In this document: piece after piece, positions 42,413 to 52,810 of the stretch | Layout: each line of letters opens with the position of its first letter | How positions within the stretch are numbered: the first letter of the stretch is position 1 | Source of the DNA: a virus | Lineage: Duplodnaviria; Caudoviricetes | DNA: 64,000 bases | Strand: one strand, 5' to 3' | IMG/VR virus record: IMGVR_UViG_3300011116_001007 | Notes under the pieces: model-generated | What the model saw: the letters and a program-made list of their open reading frames with translations, nothing else | What the model was told of the DNA's origin: nothing | The model's database searches: none | Program-made: the position numbers and the translations under genes

Positions 42413-43611
42413 GATTCAATCTTTACCACTTGATATTTTTCGTGGGCCACATGATCACGATATCTGTTGCCAGCACGATTCCATTGTTCTCCTGTGCCCT
42501 GCAATATGTCCACCACACGATCCACTGTGCCGTTGTTCCAGTCACTGATCAATCCCATGTTGTGATGCGGATCACGCAAGAGATTTTGCAGTTTGTGATA
42601 GGCATCATCTATTGACCAAGGAACGTAAAGCCTGTTGGGATCGTTTGAGAAAGTTTCGGGGAAACTACGATAGGCAGGATAAAGCACATTACAGCCAAGA
42701 GTGTCAGCCTCGGAAACTGTGTTAGAGACCCAGTCTTGTAAAGCACAATTAAACAACACACGAGTGTTATTGAGGTGAGCGTAGTAATCATTTTTTGTAA
42801 TGTTGTCGTAAATTTTCAACTGTCCGGCTGCTTCCATCCTGCGAGCACGAGTCACATACTCTGGGTTGTTGCTGCGTAACTCACCACCGCTGTAGATCAC
42901 AAACTCACATGGTTCGCTTGTGAGTTCGCCATACATGTCAATCAGATCCATAAAAAAGCCCGGTTGCTTTTCTTGATCAAATCTTGCTGCAAAACCCACA
43001 CGTCTTGGGCGCGCCCCAAATGGTCGAACGTTGCCTGCGCCACCAATGCGTTCCAGCACTTCTTCTTTGCCAAACGCAAGACCGGAGATGTTGTAGATAG
43101 GAGCGGTCCATCCCGCAATACGCATGTGAGCAACCATTTCTTCGTTGGTAGCCAACACGCCTGTCACAAACTGGTTGACCATTTTTTCGTATGTGCTCAT
43201 CCAACCTGCCATGCCCCAAACATGTACAAAGTCGTCAGGATCAATGGCTTGTGCCAGGCAACGTACCCATACCTGTGGACGTAATTCTGCAGGCACCTGG
43301 TCCATGATATATGGCAAACTTTCAATACCTGGCTGGAACATGTCTTCAAAATAGATTACATCTTCGCTGGTGACTTCGCCTTGTTGCATGAGTCTCACCA
43401 GATTCATCATTTGACTCATACCAAAGTAACTGCGGCCGTGTGCATCCAGTACTTGACCAACCACAATCTTTTGGCTGTTGTCTAGGGTGAGTCCAGGCAC
43501 ATATACCACGTCAAGTCCTCGACGGTCAAACACACGCCGGTTCCACTCAGTGAGTTGTAATGTATACCGAGCCTCGTAGCTTTCCAAACCCATGTAAAAT
43601 AATTTTCTCAT
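42409..43611 (-). CDS. GT-B glycosyltransferase, possibly DNA-modifying
   Basis: RFDQEKQP, EADTLGC..YP..RSFPE acceptor-binding motif. Confidence 0.8.
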   Translation of the reverse strand: MRKLFYMGLESYEARYTLQLTEWNRRVFDRRGLDVVYVPGLTLDNSQKIVVGQVLDAHGRSYFGMSQMMNLVRLMQQGEVTSEDVIYFEDMFQPGIESLPYIMDQVPAELRPQVWVRCLAQAIDPDDFVHVWGMAGWMSTYEKMVNQFVTGVLATNEEMVAHMRIAGWTAPIYNISGLAFGKEEVLERIGGAGNVRPFGARPRRVGFAARFDQEKQPGFFMDLIDMYGELTSEPCEFVIYSGGELRSNNPEYVTRARRMEAAGQLKIYDNITKNDYYAHLNNTRVLFNCALQDWVSNTVSEADTLGCNVLYPAYRSFPETFSNDPNRLYVPWSIDDAYHKLQNLLRDPHHNMGLISDWNNGTVDRVVDILQGTGEQWNRAGNRYRDHVAHEKYQVVKIES

Positions 43612-43633
43612 TGTAACAATCCTTTGTTGAAGT

Positions 43634-44506
43634 TTAACATTTTTCTAGTAAGTTGTAAAGAGTTTTAGAATCTGTTGGAAAGATATTTAACCTATCACAG
43701 CGTATCTCATACCCATGTGTTCGCAGTCGTTGTTGAACTATGGCCTCAGCTATGACATGGATGGATTGCCAAGAAAATTCTTGTTGATTGATTGTTGATT
43801 CAACAATCTGATCTAACAAGTTGAATTCATCCAGAATATATTGTTGGGCCAGTTGCCATTTTGTGGCAAAGGACCCAAGATTGCCATCTAATGTAAGACC
43901 GCAATGGTCAATCATTTTAATAAATGTTGACTCTGTATCATACAACAGGTCTGTGTTGACAATTTTCAGAAAGTCGCCGGATACCTGATTTTGTGATTGT
44001 ATCCATTCTTGCACCCATTCTGCATAAAACAAACTGAACCATTCTCGGAGTTCCCAAGGCTGCATTTCCTTCCAGCTTTTGTACGCCGGGTTCCACTGGA
44101 TTATGTTATGAGTGTTGCTGTCACAAAAAATTCCCAGGCCGCACTCTAATCCCACACAAATTTTATAGTATTGAAATAATATATTAAGTTCTGCGGATCT
44201 TAAATTGCTGGCATGAATCAAAATTGATCGACTTTGTTTGTCAATGTACAACTTGTAATAATCTAATATTTCAGGTAGGTGCAGAGTTTTAAAAGGATAT
44301 ATAGGAGTGGTTATCGAATCATGTTGTATTTTTTTTAAATTGTCCAACAAGTTTTGTTGGTAGATATGCAGTTCTTTAGAATAGCTGTGCATGCTCCCGT
44401 CGGCAAGAATGACTCCATTGATAGAATCATGCTCTTTGGTAAATGTTCTTAGTACATATTCTATTGTAGTTCCAAACATTCCGGGAACAAAAAACACATG
44501 AATCAT
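43634..44506 (-). CDS. hypothetical protein
   Basis: PGMFGT; AT-rich ORF. Confidence 0.65.
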   Translation of the reverse strand: MIHVFFVPGMFGTTIEYVLRTFTKEHDSINGVILADGSMHSYSKELHIYQQNLLDNLKKIQHDSITTPIYPFKTLHLPEILDYYKLYIDKQSRSILIHASNLRSAELNILFQYYKICVGLECGLGIFCDSNTHNIIQWNPAYKSWKEMQPWELREWFSLFYAEWVQEWIQSQNQVSGDFLKIVNTDLLYDTESTFIKMIDHCGLTLDGNLGSFATKWQLAQQYILDEFNLLDQIVESTINQQEFSWQSIHVIAEAIVQQRLRTHGYEIRCDRLNIFPTDSKTLYNLLEKC

Positions 44507-44727
44507 GCACGATGCCCGGCCAATCTACGTGCATCTTCCCACCACATGTTCTTGGCATTCTTGCCTTGGGCATACTTGGTGAACTGTTGCCAAGCATAAC
44601 TTTTGAAGTTGTATAGATCCGCTTCGTTGTAGCGATATCCATAGTCTTTGCAAAACTCTTCGTATTGTTCAAGGTGGTTGAAGATCTCAGCAACGTGAGG
44701 GTTGGTACGGAATGCAATTTTTGCCAT
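44503..44727 (-). CDS. hypothetical protein
   Basis: GYRYNEADLY; coupled ORF. Confidence 0.7.
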   Translation of the reverse strand: MAKIAFRTNPHVAEIFNHLEQYEEFCKDYGYRYNEADLYNFKSYAWQQFTKYAQGKNAKNMWWEDARRLAGHRA

Positions 44728-44738
44728 GTTATTTCCTA

Positions 44739-45191
44739 TTAGATTTTAATTGATTGAGCAGGATAAGTGAGATTGTATTGTATTACAGCGCCGTTCTCAC
44801 CATCTTCGGATACGTTGATCCATACAGCACGGTCTGGATATCTTGCAGCGATTTGATCGTAAAGTTCATCGCTGATCATTTCACAACTCTTGTAATTGAG
44901 TTCAAGTGTGCCGCCAGCATAGAGATTTTCTAGCCAGCGTTTGAACTGAATGAATTCAATGTCACGATCGTTGTGGAATACTTGTATGGTCACTTCAAAG
45001 TGAAATATGTGTCTGTGTGGACTGGCCAAAAAGCTCACATCATACTCATCACCTGTGGCCAATGCAGGATCTGTGGCTGCTGCTGGATAACAATGAATGC
45101 CTTCTTTTTGGAACCGTACAAAAATTGTGCGTACAGCACGATCCTTGATACGTTGTCGTGTTTCTACAAGTGCATGATCGCGTTCGTTCAT
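44739..45191 (-). CDS. QueD-like T-fold protein (inferred)
   Basis: HRHIFHFEVTI, SCEMI, VSEDGENG resemble the QueD layout. Confidence 0.5.
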   Translation of the reverse strand: MNERDHALVETRQRIKDRAVRTIFVRFQKEGIHCYPAAATDPALATGDEYDVSFLASPHRHIFHFEVTIQVFHNDRDIEFIQFKRWLENLYAGGTLELNYKSCEMISDELYDQIAARYPDRAVWINVSEDGENGAVIQYNLTYPAQSIKI

Positions 45192-45694
45192 AATGTTTCG
45201 TCCTTGGTATATTTAGACCAGTCAGTGAAATGGTCTCGGTTTTGTAAATCATGTATGCTGTGACACCAAACACCTGGATTGGTTGCAGCAAAATCTCGGT
45301 CGTCTAGTTTGAGTGTGGCATTGTAGCCCAACAATTTGATATATGGTAGCTTGACTGATATCATTGGAATAAAGTTGTGATCTTCAGTCAGGCAGGATTC
45401 CAACAAGCCTTCTACGCATTTGACATCAATATCTAACGTACACAGATATCCTTTTTGTAAAAAGGGTAAAATCATATTTTCCCATTGTGTCCACTTCACA
45501 TAGTCGTTAGTGTCAATGTTTGGAAAACTCTGGTTGGCACCAAAGTAAATGTGCTCGCAACCTTGTATATAAGCAGCGATATCATCCTCTGATTGAACGC
45601 CTACCACAAACAATGTTTTTTTGCCCAATGCAGGTGTGTGTTCTACTTCTGTGCCGGTAAAGAATGCAGTATTCTCGTGACCTTCTCGGTTCAT
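45188..45694 (-). CDS. hypothetical protein in the deazaguanine cluster
   Basis: EVEHTP, YFGANQSF, NPGVWCH. Confidence 0.7.
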   Translation of the reverse strand: MNREGHENTAFFTGTEVEHTPALGKKTLFVVGVQSEDDIAAYIQGCEHIYFGANQSFPNIDTNDYVKWTQWENMILPFLQKGYLCTLDIDVKCVEGLLESCLTEDHNFIPMISVKLPYIKLLGYNATLKLDDRDFAATNPGVWCHSIHDLQNRDHFTDWSKYTKDETL

Positions 45695-45754
45695 ATCTGA
45701 TCCTGTTCAAGTTGTTGTAATGCTTGTAAGTTTAACTGATCTTGGTAGTCTGTG

Positions 45755-46462
45755 TCAACCTTGATTGTGTTGTATTTCTTGATGTTGGTTGTCTCTTTCA
45801 AAATCGTCAACTATTTTTCTAAAAATTTTAGCAGCTCTATTTCTTTTTTCTTCGAACTCAGGTCCTTGCAACACCGTTTTCTGCCATTCCTCATACAAAA
45901 TATGCAACGCAATTTCTATATCTTGAGTTACTGTTCTATCTATGAATGCGGCCAACTTAATAAATTCTGGTAAGAATTTTTGGTAACCGTTGATAATACT
46001 AGCAAGACTAATTTTATAAACTGATGGATCATTCTTCAAATCAAAACCGTTTTCGAAATTTTTGAAAGTTTGGAAAGAATGTTTGTACTCCCCATTCAAT
46101 ATGACCCAATCTAAATTATTTTCATGATCTATAAAAATGTTAACTGCGGTGTCATCTTTACCGGTAATATTTTTAATATTATTCGCTGGGGCAGGATGCT
46201 TGATCGAAACCCCATTGCCATTGGGGCCTATGTCCCAGTGTGGTTTCACAACATCGTACTCCTTGATCGCACCCTCAAAATCAATCCAGGTAATATACCT
46301 GGATTGATCTTTATAAGTCAATAGGTCCAGTTTTTCTTCCAACGTGTTTGGTATATTTTTTCCGTTAGACCACACATAAGTGTCGTCTAGTAAATTTATG
46401 CACCGGGAAAGAAAATTCCCCGCTGCCCCTGGTATAAAATGCAAAGCAATAAATCGTTTCAA
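45755..46462 (-). CDS. hypothetical protein
   Basis: PGAAGNFL; AT-rich. Confidence 0.6.
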   Translation of the reverse strand: MKRFIALHFIPGAAGNFLSRCINLLDDTYVWSNGKNIPNTLEEKLDLLTYKDQSRYITWIDFEGAIKEYDVVKPHWDIGPNGNGVSIKHPAPANNIKNITGKDDTAVNIFIDHENNLDWVILNGEYKHSFQTFKNFENGFDLKNDPSVYKISLASIINGYQKFLPEFIKLAAFIDRTVTQDIEIALHILYEEWQKTVLQGPEFEEKRNRAAKIFRKIVDDFERDNQHQEIQHNQG

Positions 46463-48018
46463 ACTGATTGCTCCAGTTGTTCCAATTTTGTTGTGCCGAG
46501 ATCGTCAGGGTCAGTGTCAACCTCTACCATGTCAAACAATGCATTGAATTGAGTTCTTGCATTCATGGCCTTTTTGCCTTTGAAGCCGCGTGTGCCCACC
46601 ACATCCATCCAGTAGTTGCTGTAGTGCTCGATGATGTCCATGCTGTCTTGCTTGGTCGGCGCAGCAAAGATAGCTTCCACAATGTCATGGAATCGAGCAT
46701 GATCACCCTTTTCATTCCACAGCATGCGCGGCCATTTGGTGCCAGAATCATATTCACGATTGGCACGTTGTACTGACTCCAAGTGTGTCCACACATTGTG
46801 ACCCATCAGCAGTGCATATGAGAAACTATCCCACGATGTCTTGCCTTCTTTGCCAATCTTGTTTAGATCACCAGGCTTGTAGATACAGATGTCCTTCATG
46901 GTCAGGTGGCGACTGATAGGGCTCTCATCAAAGTGATTGACCAATCCATCTGCCACCACAGCCTGTCCATACGGGCGTGTGTCTGTGCTGTATTTCTTGT
47001 CGTCAGCAATGGGACTCATCCTATAAGACCATTTGCTGTTGTGTGTGGTATCAATTTCATGATACACCTGCCCATTGGCAGTGGCCAAGAACGGACTGGC
47101 GCAATCAAAGCTGATGGTAAAAGCAGGATTCACATGCTTTCTTACTGCACGTTGGATGGCAGTCAACAGCACAGCCCATTCCAATTTGCTTGTGCCCAAG
47201 AAGTGCATCCAATCATGCACGCCTTCTTGCAAGAGATTGTCATAGCGCAAAGTGACTAGACGTCGGAGCACAAGATGTACATCGCACATGTTCTGCCCGC
47301 CCATACTCCACCCATCAAAGTGTGTGTCAGGATACACAGCAGGATCACAAAAGTGTTTCATCTCCTCATACCAAGCATCGGCACTGGTATGATTGTCGCC
47401 TTGCAACACATTCAAAATCTTGGTGCCACCATTGCGAACACCTTTGCGATGCCGCATGAAGTATTCGTTGTTGAACTTGGTTGCATCCACTGCTTCTTGC
47501 AGCGTGGTGATCTGGCAGGCCCGGCTGGCTTTTTTATCGTGTATGACCCAGGTTGGAATATCAAGTGTCATGCAATAATCAGAAACATTGTCTAGCCAAT
47601 TGAGAATTGCCTCACGTTTCTTTTGTGCTTTGGCACAGCCCGAGTTGGCTTTCCAGTCACCTTCCCACAGACCCTTGGCGATCTGGAATCCACCTGAGTC
47701 GCCCAGCATGAACGTGCCTGGCTCACGACTGCGAACCATGTCTTCTGACCAGTCTTGCTTGTTGAGATCCAGGTTAGCATGCCCACCTGAATACAGGCTC
47801 CACTTGTAGGGAAACAATGCTTTTTGACTGTTGAGCCAGTTCAGTTGTTCCATGTCTGGTATTCCTGCGGGCATACGTGCAGGATCCACATAAGGTCCAT
47901 TTACTGGATCTCGTTGCTTGCCCACAAAGGTGGCGTAAAAGCCGGATATGGCCGGCAAGAACACAGCATAGTCATTCTGTTTGGCAGTGAGATTGTCTTG
48001 GATTAGATCTTGAGTCAT
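46459..48018 (-). CDS. dpdA: TGT-fold DNA transglycosylase (DpdA2-like)
   Basis: GDSGGFQI, MTLDIP, NVLQG, HFLG, SFDCASP. Confidence 0.8.
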   Translation of the reverse strand: MTQDLIQDNLTAKQNDYAVFLPAISGFYATFVGKQRDPVNGPYVDPARMPAGIPDMEQLNWLNSQKALFPYKWSLYSGGHANLDLNKQDWSEDMVRSREPGTFMLGDSGGFQIAKGLWEGDWKANSGCAKAQKKREAILNWLDNVSDYCMTLDIPTWVIHDKKASRACQITTLQEAVDATKFNNEYFMRHRKGVRNGGTKILNVLQGDNHTSADAWYEEMKHFCDPAVYPDTHFDGWSMGGQNMCDVHLVLRRLVTLRYDNLLQEGVHDWMHFLGTSKLEWAVLLTAIQRAVRKHVNPAFTISFDCASPFLATANGQVYHEIDTTHNSKWSYRMSPIADDKKYSTDTRPYGQAVVADGLVNHFDESPISRHLTMKDICIYKPGDLNKIGKEGKTSWDSFSYALLMGHNVWTHLESVQRANREYDSGTKWPRMLWNEKGDHARFHDIVEAIFAAPTKQDSMDIIEHYSNYWMDVVGTRGFKGKKAMNARTQFNALFDMVEVDTDPDDLGTTKLEQLEQSV

Positions 48019-48362
48019 GACACCAATTCTGTAATTATTTTTAAGTTTGTCTTTGCCTGCTCAACCGCACCAACAGCATCAGCTACAGTGGGATGTTTTT
48101 CAGCTAGTGTTTTCAGTCTCGATTCTTCATCACGTTTTTGCCGTGCCCAGTTGATCAATTCTTCAGCGTCAGGAGTCAATTTCACAGTGGCATAACTTGA
48201 TAATAACGGCTTCCAACTAGAACCGTCATAAACCTGCATCTCCGTACCCCATACACGGATTATACCTTGCATGGGAGTTTCCGTCCGCATATCGATATAC
48301 GGCACAATAGTATCGCCGCCACTGACCATTACTGCGCCAGTGCCCATTAAGCCTTTGATCAT
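48015..48362 (-). CDS. hypothetical protein
   Basis: QVYDGSSW followed by coiled coil. Confidence 0.65.
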   Translation of the reverse strand: MIKGLMGTGAVMVSGGDTIVPYIDMRTETPMQGIIRVWGTEMQVYDGSSWKPLLSSYATVKLTPDAEELINWARQKRDEESRLKTLAEKHPTVADAVGAVEQAKTNLKIITELVS

Positions 48363-49081
48363 TTTGATTGTGCTGGCAAGATGTAGTTGTAAACTGCAAT
48401 GCCTGAATCCACAGTGATCTGTGCAGCACCGTCATCGCTGATACGCATGATCTTGTCTCCGGTCAAGCTCAAGATACTGTGTACCTGTGCAGCAGGCCAA
48501 GCCCATGCACGTTTGAGTGTGCCTTTGACTCCAGGATGGAACACAAAGTTACCAGCATGCGTGGAGTGATCACCAAAGAACAATTTCAAATCACCGTTTT
48601 CAATCTTCACCGTGAAGTTGGGTTCTTCAGCATTGGCAGTCATCTGCCATTTCAATCGCTGTATAGCAGCATTGGTAGGTTCAAATTCCACATGCCATGT
48701 TGCACCTTTGAACTTGGCAGTTTTGAGTTTGTCATTCACAATTGTACTGGCCATAAAGCGATAGGTATTGCGGAAGTCACCAGCTTTGTTTTCAAAGTTG
48801 ATGCCATCTGGTTCGCCATCGGCTCGCTTGGTAATGGCCAATGTGGCATCTTCACGGTATTCCTGCAAGTTGATCAAAGTTTTGAGTTTGCCAAGATTGG
48901 GCATGCCAAACGTGCCAATAAAGTCGGCCACAGGATTTTTAAAATCCGCTTGCACAACCACGCTTAAATCCTCAGCCAATCCACTCATGCTGGTAGCAGC
49001 ATCGGTACCAACGATCTTGACCAAGCTGATACAGCCCAGGTCATATGTGTGTTCAACTAAATCTAACAAATAATCTTTCAT
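48359..49081 (-). CDS. probable sliding clamp (gp45-like)
   Basis: 240 aa near PolB; FGMPNLGKL, YNYILPA. Confidence 0.6.
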   Translation of the reverse strand: MKDYLLDLVEHTYDLGCISLVKIVGTDAATSMSGLAEDLSVVVQADFKNPVADFIGTFGMPNLGKLKTLINLQEYREDATLAITKRADGEPDGINFENKAGDFRNTYRFMASTIVNDKLKTAKFKGATWHVEFEPTNAAIQRLKWQMTANAEEPNFTVKIENGDLKLFFGDHSTHAGNFVFHPGVKGTLKRAWAWPAAQVHSILSLTGDKIMRISDDGAAQITVDSGIAVYNYILPAQSK

Positions 49082-49122
49082 ACTAATCTCCTTGTATTGT
49101 GTATAGTATATAGGTTTTTTTA

Positions 49123-50064
49123 CTATCCTGCAACTATTTTGGCCAACGACTGGCCGCCTTTTATACTGGTCAAGTGGCCAGGCTTTCGTAATTCTATCCA
49201 GCTGGCATCCAGCAATCCGTTGTGTTCAAAGTTCACTGTGTATCCTTGCTCACGTGCTAGACTGCATACTCGTATTCCGGGTGTGTAACACATGTAGTTC
49301 TTTTCAGCAAACGATACACTGTGCCATCGGTCACAGTTGTTGTAGGTAAAAATCAATATGCCGCCAGGCCGCAACAATTGAAACAGCTCGGCCAAGTAGT
49401 CATTGATAACCGATAATGGTTTAAAGTTAAAGTAATTGTAAGCAAAAATCACACCAAATTGGCCTTTGGGGAAATTTTTAAATATAGGGCGCTGGGCATA
49501 ATCGTTTATGGTGTATGCACGTAATCGTCGCTGGTACTCAGGAAGATACTGTTCCATTGATGGTCTAAGCAGTTCCATGTCATGATCCACCAGATACAAT
49601 GGATCCAATGCTACCATATCATTGATATAGTCTTCTGTTCTGGGTCTTATGATCATGCCGGGCAGTCGCCAATCCCCACAATTTTTTAATCTGGCTCGCA
49701 TTATGGTCTCACTCTCAGTATCAATCAACAGCTTGCGATCCAGTATGTGAGCCACTGTATCTTGTGAAAATTCTTCCTGGTATACTCGCATGCTGTGATT
49801 GTACATGCTTTGATCTTGAGATTCAATCAGTTGCTGTAGCGACTTAGATAGGTTGGCAAAGGATTGCCTAAAAGACTTGACAGATTGTTGTATTGATCCA
49901 AAATCGTTCTCAAGATTCTTGATGTCAGATTCTATTCGAAGTTCTATATTACTGCTGGCATGATACAACAGATTTTCAAAATGCCGTACAGCGTCAGTGC
50001 CTGCAGGATCAGGCTTTAGACTGTCTATCAAATTTTTAAATTGGACTATCTGGCTGAGATTCAT
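49123..50064 (-). CDS. putative SAM-dependent methyltransferase
   Basis: YLVD, FAYNYF, LLRPGGILIF. Confidence 0.65.
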   Translation of the reverse strand: MNLSQIVQFKNLIDSLKPDPAGTDAVRHFENLLYHASSNIELRIESDIKNLENDFGSIQQSVKSFRQSFANLSKSLQQLIESQDQSMYNHSMRVYQEEFSQDTVAHILDRKLLIDTESETIMRARLKNCGDWRLPGMIIRPRTEDYINDMVALDPLYLVDHDMELLRPSMEQYLPEYQRRLRAYTINDYAQRPIFKNFPKGQFGVIFAYNYFNFKPLSVINDYLAELFQLLRPGGILIFTYNNCDRWHSVSFAEKNYMCYTPGIRVCSLAREQGYTVNFEHNGLLDASWIELRKPGHLTSIKGGQSLAKIVAG

Positions 50065-52721
50065 TCGAAAGAAAATAAACTAGTAAATGTGTTTTCTGTG
50101 TTGGTAGCACTGGCAAGATTCCAATTCAACACACCCAACAGGTTGTCAATTTTTTGATCCACCACAGTGGCCTCCATCACTCCGTCGTCAAATGGCAAGT
50201 CTTTAAACCACTGTGGCAAGTGCATTTCATCTGTGGGATAACCAATGCTAGTCCATCCAAGTGCATTGCTTTTTAGTTTGCACACAATGGTCTTCATGCC
50301 ATCTACAATTTGCATACTGTAATTGTCTGAGTTCATCCTGCGTAGATTATTCCAGTTCAATGCAGCTCGCACATGTCCAGGCATGTTGGCTTTGCCCTGC
50401 CGTTCTTCTTCTTTGCCGTACTTGGTCAAGTTGTTCACACGTTTGGGAGATCCTTTTTCCCAGCCTGGCCGCTCTTTGAAAATATATTTGAATTCGCGAA
50501 TCTTTTCAATTATTTGATCACGATCTGCACCTGCCAGTACCTCAGTCAAGATGTTACTGAGAAAGTCTTGGATGACTTTGGGAGTGTCTGATCTTTTGAG
50601 ATCCAGACCAGTGGCTTTGATCTTGCCAGTTTTGCCATTGACATCCAGTCGTTTGCCTTCCAGGTCAATGATGTTTACAGCATAGCGTTTCTTTGTGATA
50701 AACAAAGTGCGGTCTGCTACCATTTCTCTACCGGCTTTGATTAGGCCGCCCATGTCTCGTGGGCAATGGAATGACTGTTCCATAAAGCCAGGAAAACTTT
50801 CATTCACTTGTTCAGCCACGCTGTCATACAATGCAATGGCAGTTTCTTTGCTCCACTCCATGCGACCGTCTGCAACTTCTTTTTCCAACACAGGCCAAGC
50901 ACTGAAATAACAACTGTCAGTGTCGCCGTATATGATTGCCGCACCCATGTGATCGTACTCACCAGTGATGCATTCATTGATATATGCATCCATGTGCTTG
51001 GCAATGCTTCTACCTGTCAGCGTGGTGCTCTGTCCAATGCGTTTGTCAAAGAATCTGCAATGCGGATTGAGAATAGCACCGTACAAACTGTTCAAGTTGA
51101 TCTTCTTGACCAACTGACGCTTGTCCCAGAATGCAATTTCTTTGGCATCTTTTGCTTGTTTCTTCTTGGCCTGCATTTCTTGCCGTTCACTGTACCAACG
51201 TTCTAGCAAGCCTGGAATGATACCTTTCTTCTCATATGTGAGAATAGTACCATTAGCAGTGAGTATCCATGGACGATTGCTGTTGAAGATCATGTGCCAA
51301 ACTTCTGCTGCACCATGCACAGTTTCCTCACCAGTTTCCCATTCAATGGTGATCTCAGTGCCGGGTTTTTGTTCCATCACTGCGGTGTATTCCAAGCTGG
51401 CAAACAAACCTTCCCATGCTGCTGCAAAACTATCACCCTTGGCCATGCGTTCTTTGATGATACGATCGGTCATGTGTTGTTTCAATTGCCCTACCACAGT
51501 TTCTGGACCCATGTTCATGGCACGAATAGCAGTGGGATACAAACTGTTTATGTCCACAGATGCCACCCACTTGTGTATGCCTTTTTTGGGATATGCAACA
51601 TAAGCACCTGCTGCTTGGGTATCTTCATCTACCAGTCGTTGTTTGCGATTGGGCACAACCATGCCACGCTCGTGTGCTTCGTTGATGATGGCCTGTTCGG
51701 TCACGGCCACTGCACCCATTGTGGTCTGCAACAGCACAGTATTGGCATGTGCCAGCTCGCTGGCCAATTCCAAGAATCGCAACTTTTTGTCCAGTTTATT
51801 GACCAGCATGGTATCTTGACGATTGTATTCAATAAACTTTTTAAAATGTTGATTGTACAACTGATCCAAGGTGCCTTCAAACTGTGTTTTGCGTTCACCC
51901 AGTTCGTGTTCGCCAATGGCATCCAAGCTGTAGCTGTGTCGTTCTTCATAGGTGTACTTGCGATACAGTTGCATATAGTCCATATGCACACGGCCGATCA
52001 AATCATAAGTTTGATTCTCTGCACCATATCGTTCAAACATTCTGGGCTTGGGAAACTGTCCCCACAAACAAAACTTGCGTGTGTCATCTTTGCTGAGCAC
52101 ACGAGTGCAACGATTAACAGTGTATGGTATGTCATAGCCTTCACTGTTCCAGCCAGTGAGCACATCCGCATCGTCAATCACATCCAGGAATGTTTTGATC
52201 ATGTCAGCTTCGTTGTCAAACAATATGGTGTTTTCAAAATCAGCCACAAGTTCATGTGCAGTAGCCCAGCTTAGTCCTGCTGGTGGTACTGCTAGTGTGA
52301 TCAGTTGATCCATCCAGTCCAGGTACACAGATATAGCTGTGATAGGGTTGAACGGATCGTCCACTGGGGAGAATCCGCGATCTTTGTCAAATGCAACTTC
52401 AATGTCAAAGAATGCTGTGTGCAGTTCAGGAGCGTCTTGGTCTTTGTAATTTTCTTCAAGGCATCTAAAAATAGGATTGATATCACTTTCGTAAAGATGC
52501 TTGCCTGATTGCACACGTACTTCCTTGCGGAATTCTTTGTTGTTCCTTGTGCTGAATCTGCTCACAGGTGTGCCGTATATGCTACGGAACTTGCCGCGAG
52601 GATCATCGTAGTAAAATATGTAATTGGCAGGATACTCTCGGTATTGCCTTTGACCATTGCGGCGTTCAACCACATGTATGCGATCGTGCTCACGATCAAA
52701 TAACGCATCAATATAACTCAT
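50061..52721 (-). CDS. family B DNA polymerase
   Basis: DIE exonuclease I, WNSEGYD, YSLD, DINSLYP, KINLNSLYG, YGDTDS, KKRY. Confidence 0.97.
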   Translation of the reverse strand: MSYIDALFDREHDRIHVVERRNGQRQYREYPANYIFYYDDPRGKFRSIYGTPVSRFSTRNNKEFRKEVRVQSGKHLYESDINPIFRCLEENYKDQDAPELHTAFFDIEVAFDKDRGFSPVDDPFNPITAISVYLDWMDQLITLAVPPAGLSWATAHELVADFENTILFDNEADMIKTFLDVIDDADVLTGWNSEGYDIPYTVNRCTRVLSKDDTRKFCLWGQFPKPRMFERYGAENQTYDLIGRVHMDYMQLYRKYTYEERHSYSLDAIGEHELGERKTQFEGTLDQLYNQHFKKFIEYNRQDTMLVNKLDKKLRFLELASELAHANTVLLQTTMGAVAVTEQAIINEAHERGMVVPNRKQRLVDEDTQAAGAYVAYPKKGIHKWVASVDINSLYPTAIRAMNMGPETVVGQLKQHMTDRIIKERMAKGDSFAAAWEGLFASLEYTAVMEQKPGTEITIEWETGEETVHGAAEVWHMIFNSNRPWILTANGTILTYEKKGIIPGLLERWYSERQEMQAKKKQAKDAKEIAFWDKRQLVKKINLNSLYGAILNPHCRFFDKRIGQSTTLTGRSIAKHMDAYINECITGEYDHMGAAIIYGDTDSCYFSAWPVLEKEVADGRMEWSKETAIALYDSVAEQVNESFPGFMEQSFHCPRDMGGLIKAGREMVADRTLFITKKRYAVNIIDLEGKRLDVNGKTGKIKATGLDLKRSDTPKVIQDFLSNILTEVLAGADRDQIIEKIREFKYIFKERPGWEKGSPKRVNNLTKYGKEEERQGKANMPGHVRAALNWNNLRRMNSDNYSMQIVDGMKTIVCKLKSNALGWTSIGYPTDEMHLPQWFKDLPFDDGVMEATVVDQKIDNLLGVLNWNLASATNTENTFTSLFSFE

Positions 52722-52781
52722 TGTTCTCCGTTTATGGCCGGTGGGCCGTGATTCATGCTCGTGATGTGAGCGACTCAACCT

Positions 52782-52810
52782 AGTATAACAAGTATGTGCC
52801 TGAAAGTCAA
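52782..52810 (-). promoter_or_regulatory. sigma70-type promoter of PolB
   Basis: TTGACT-N17-TATACT. Confidence 0.8.

Noticed and set aside
46459-48018. tRNA-guanine transglycosylase acting on tRNA
   Set aside because: Lacks the C-terminal Zn motif of bacterial Tgt; length and context fit a DNA-acting DpdA2 better
50061-52721. Intein or intron in PolB
   Set aside because: All polymerase motifs are continuous and the length (886 aa) is normal
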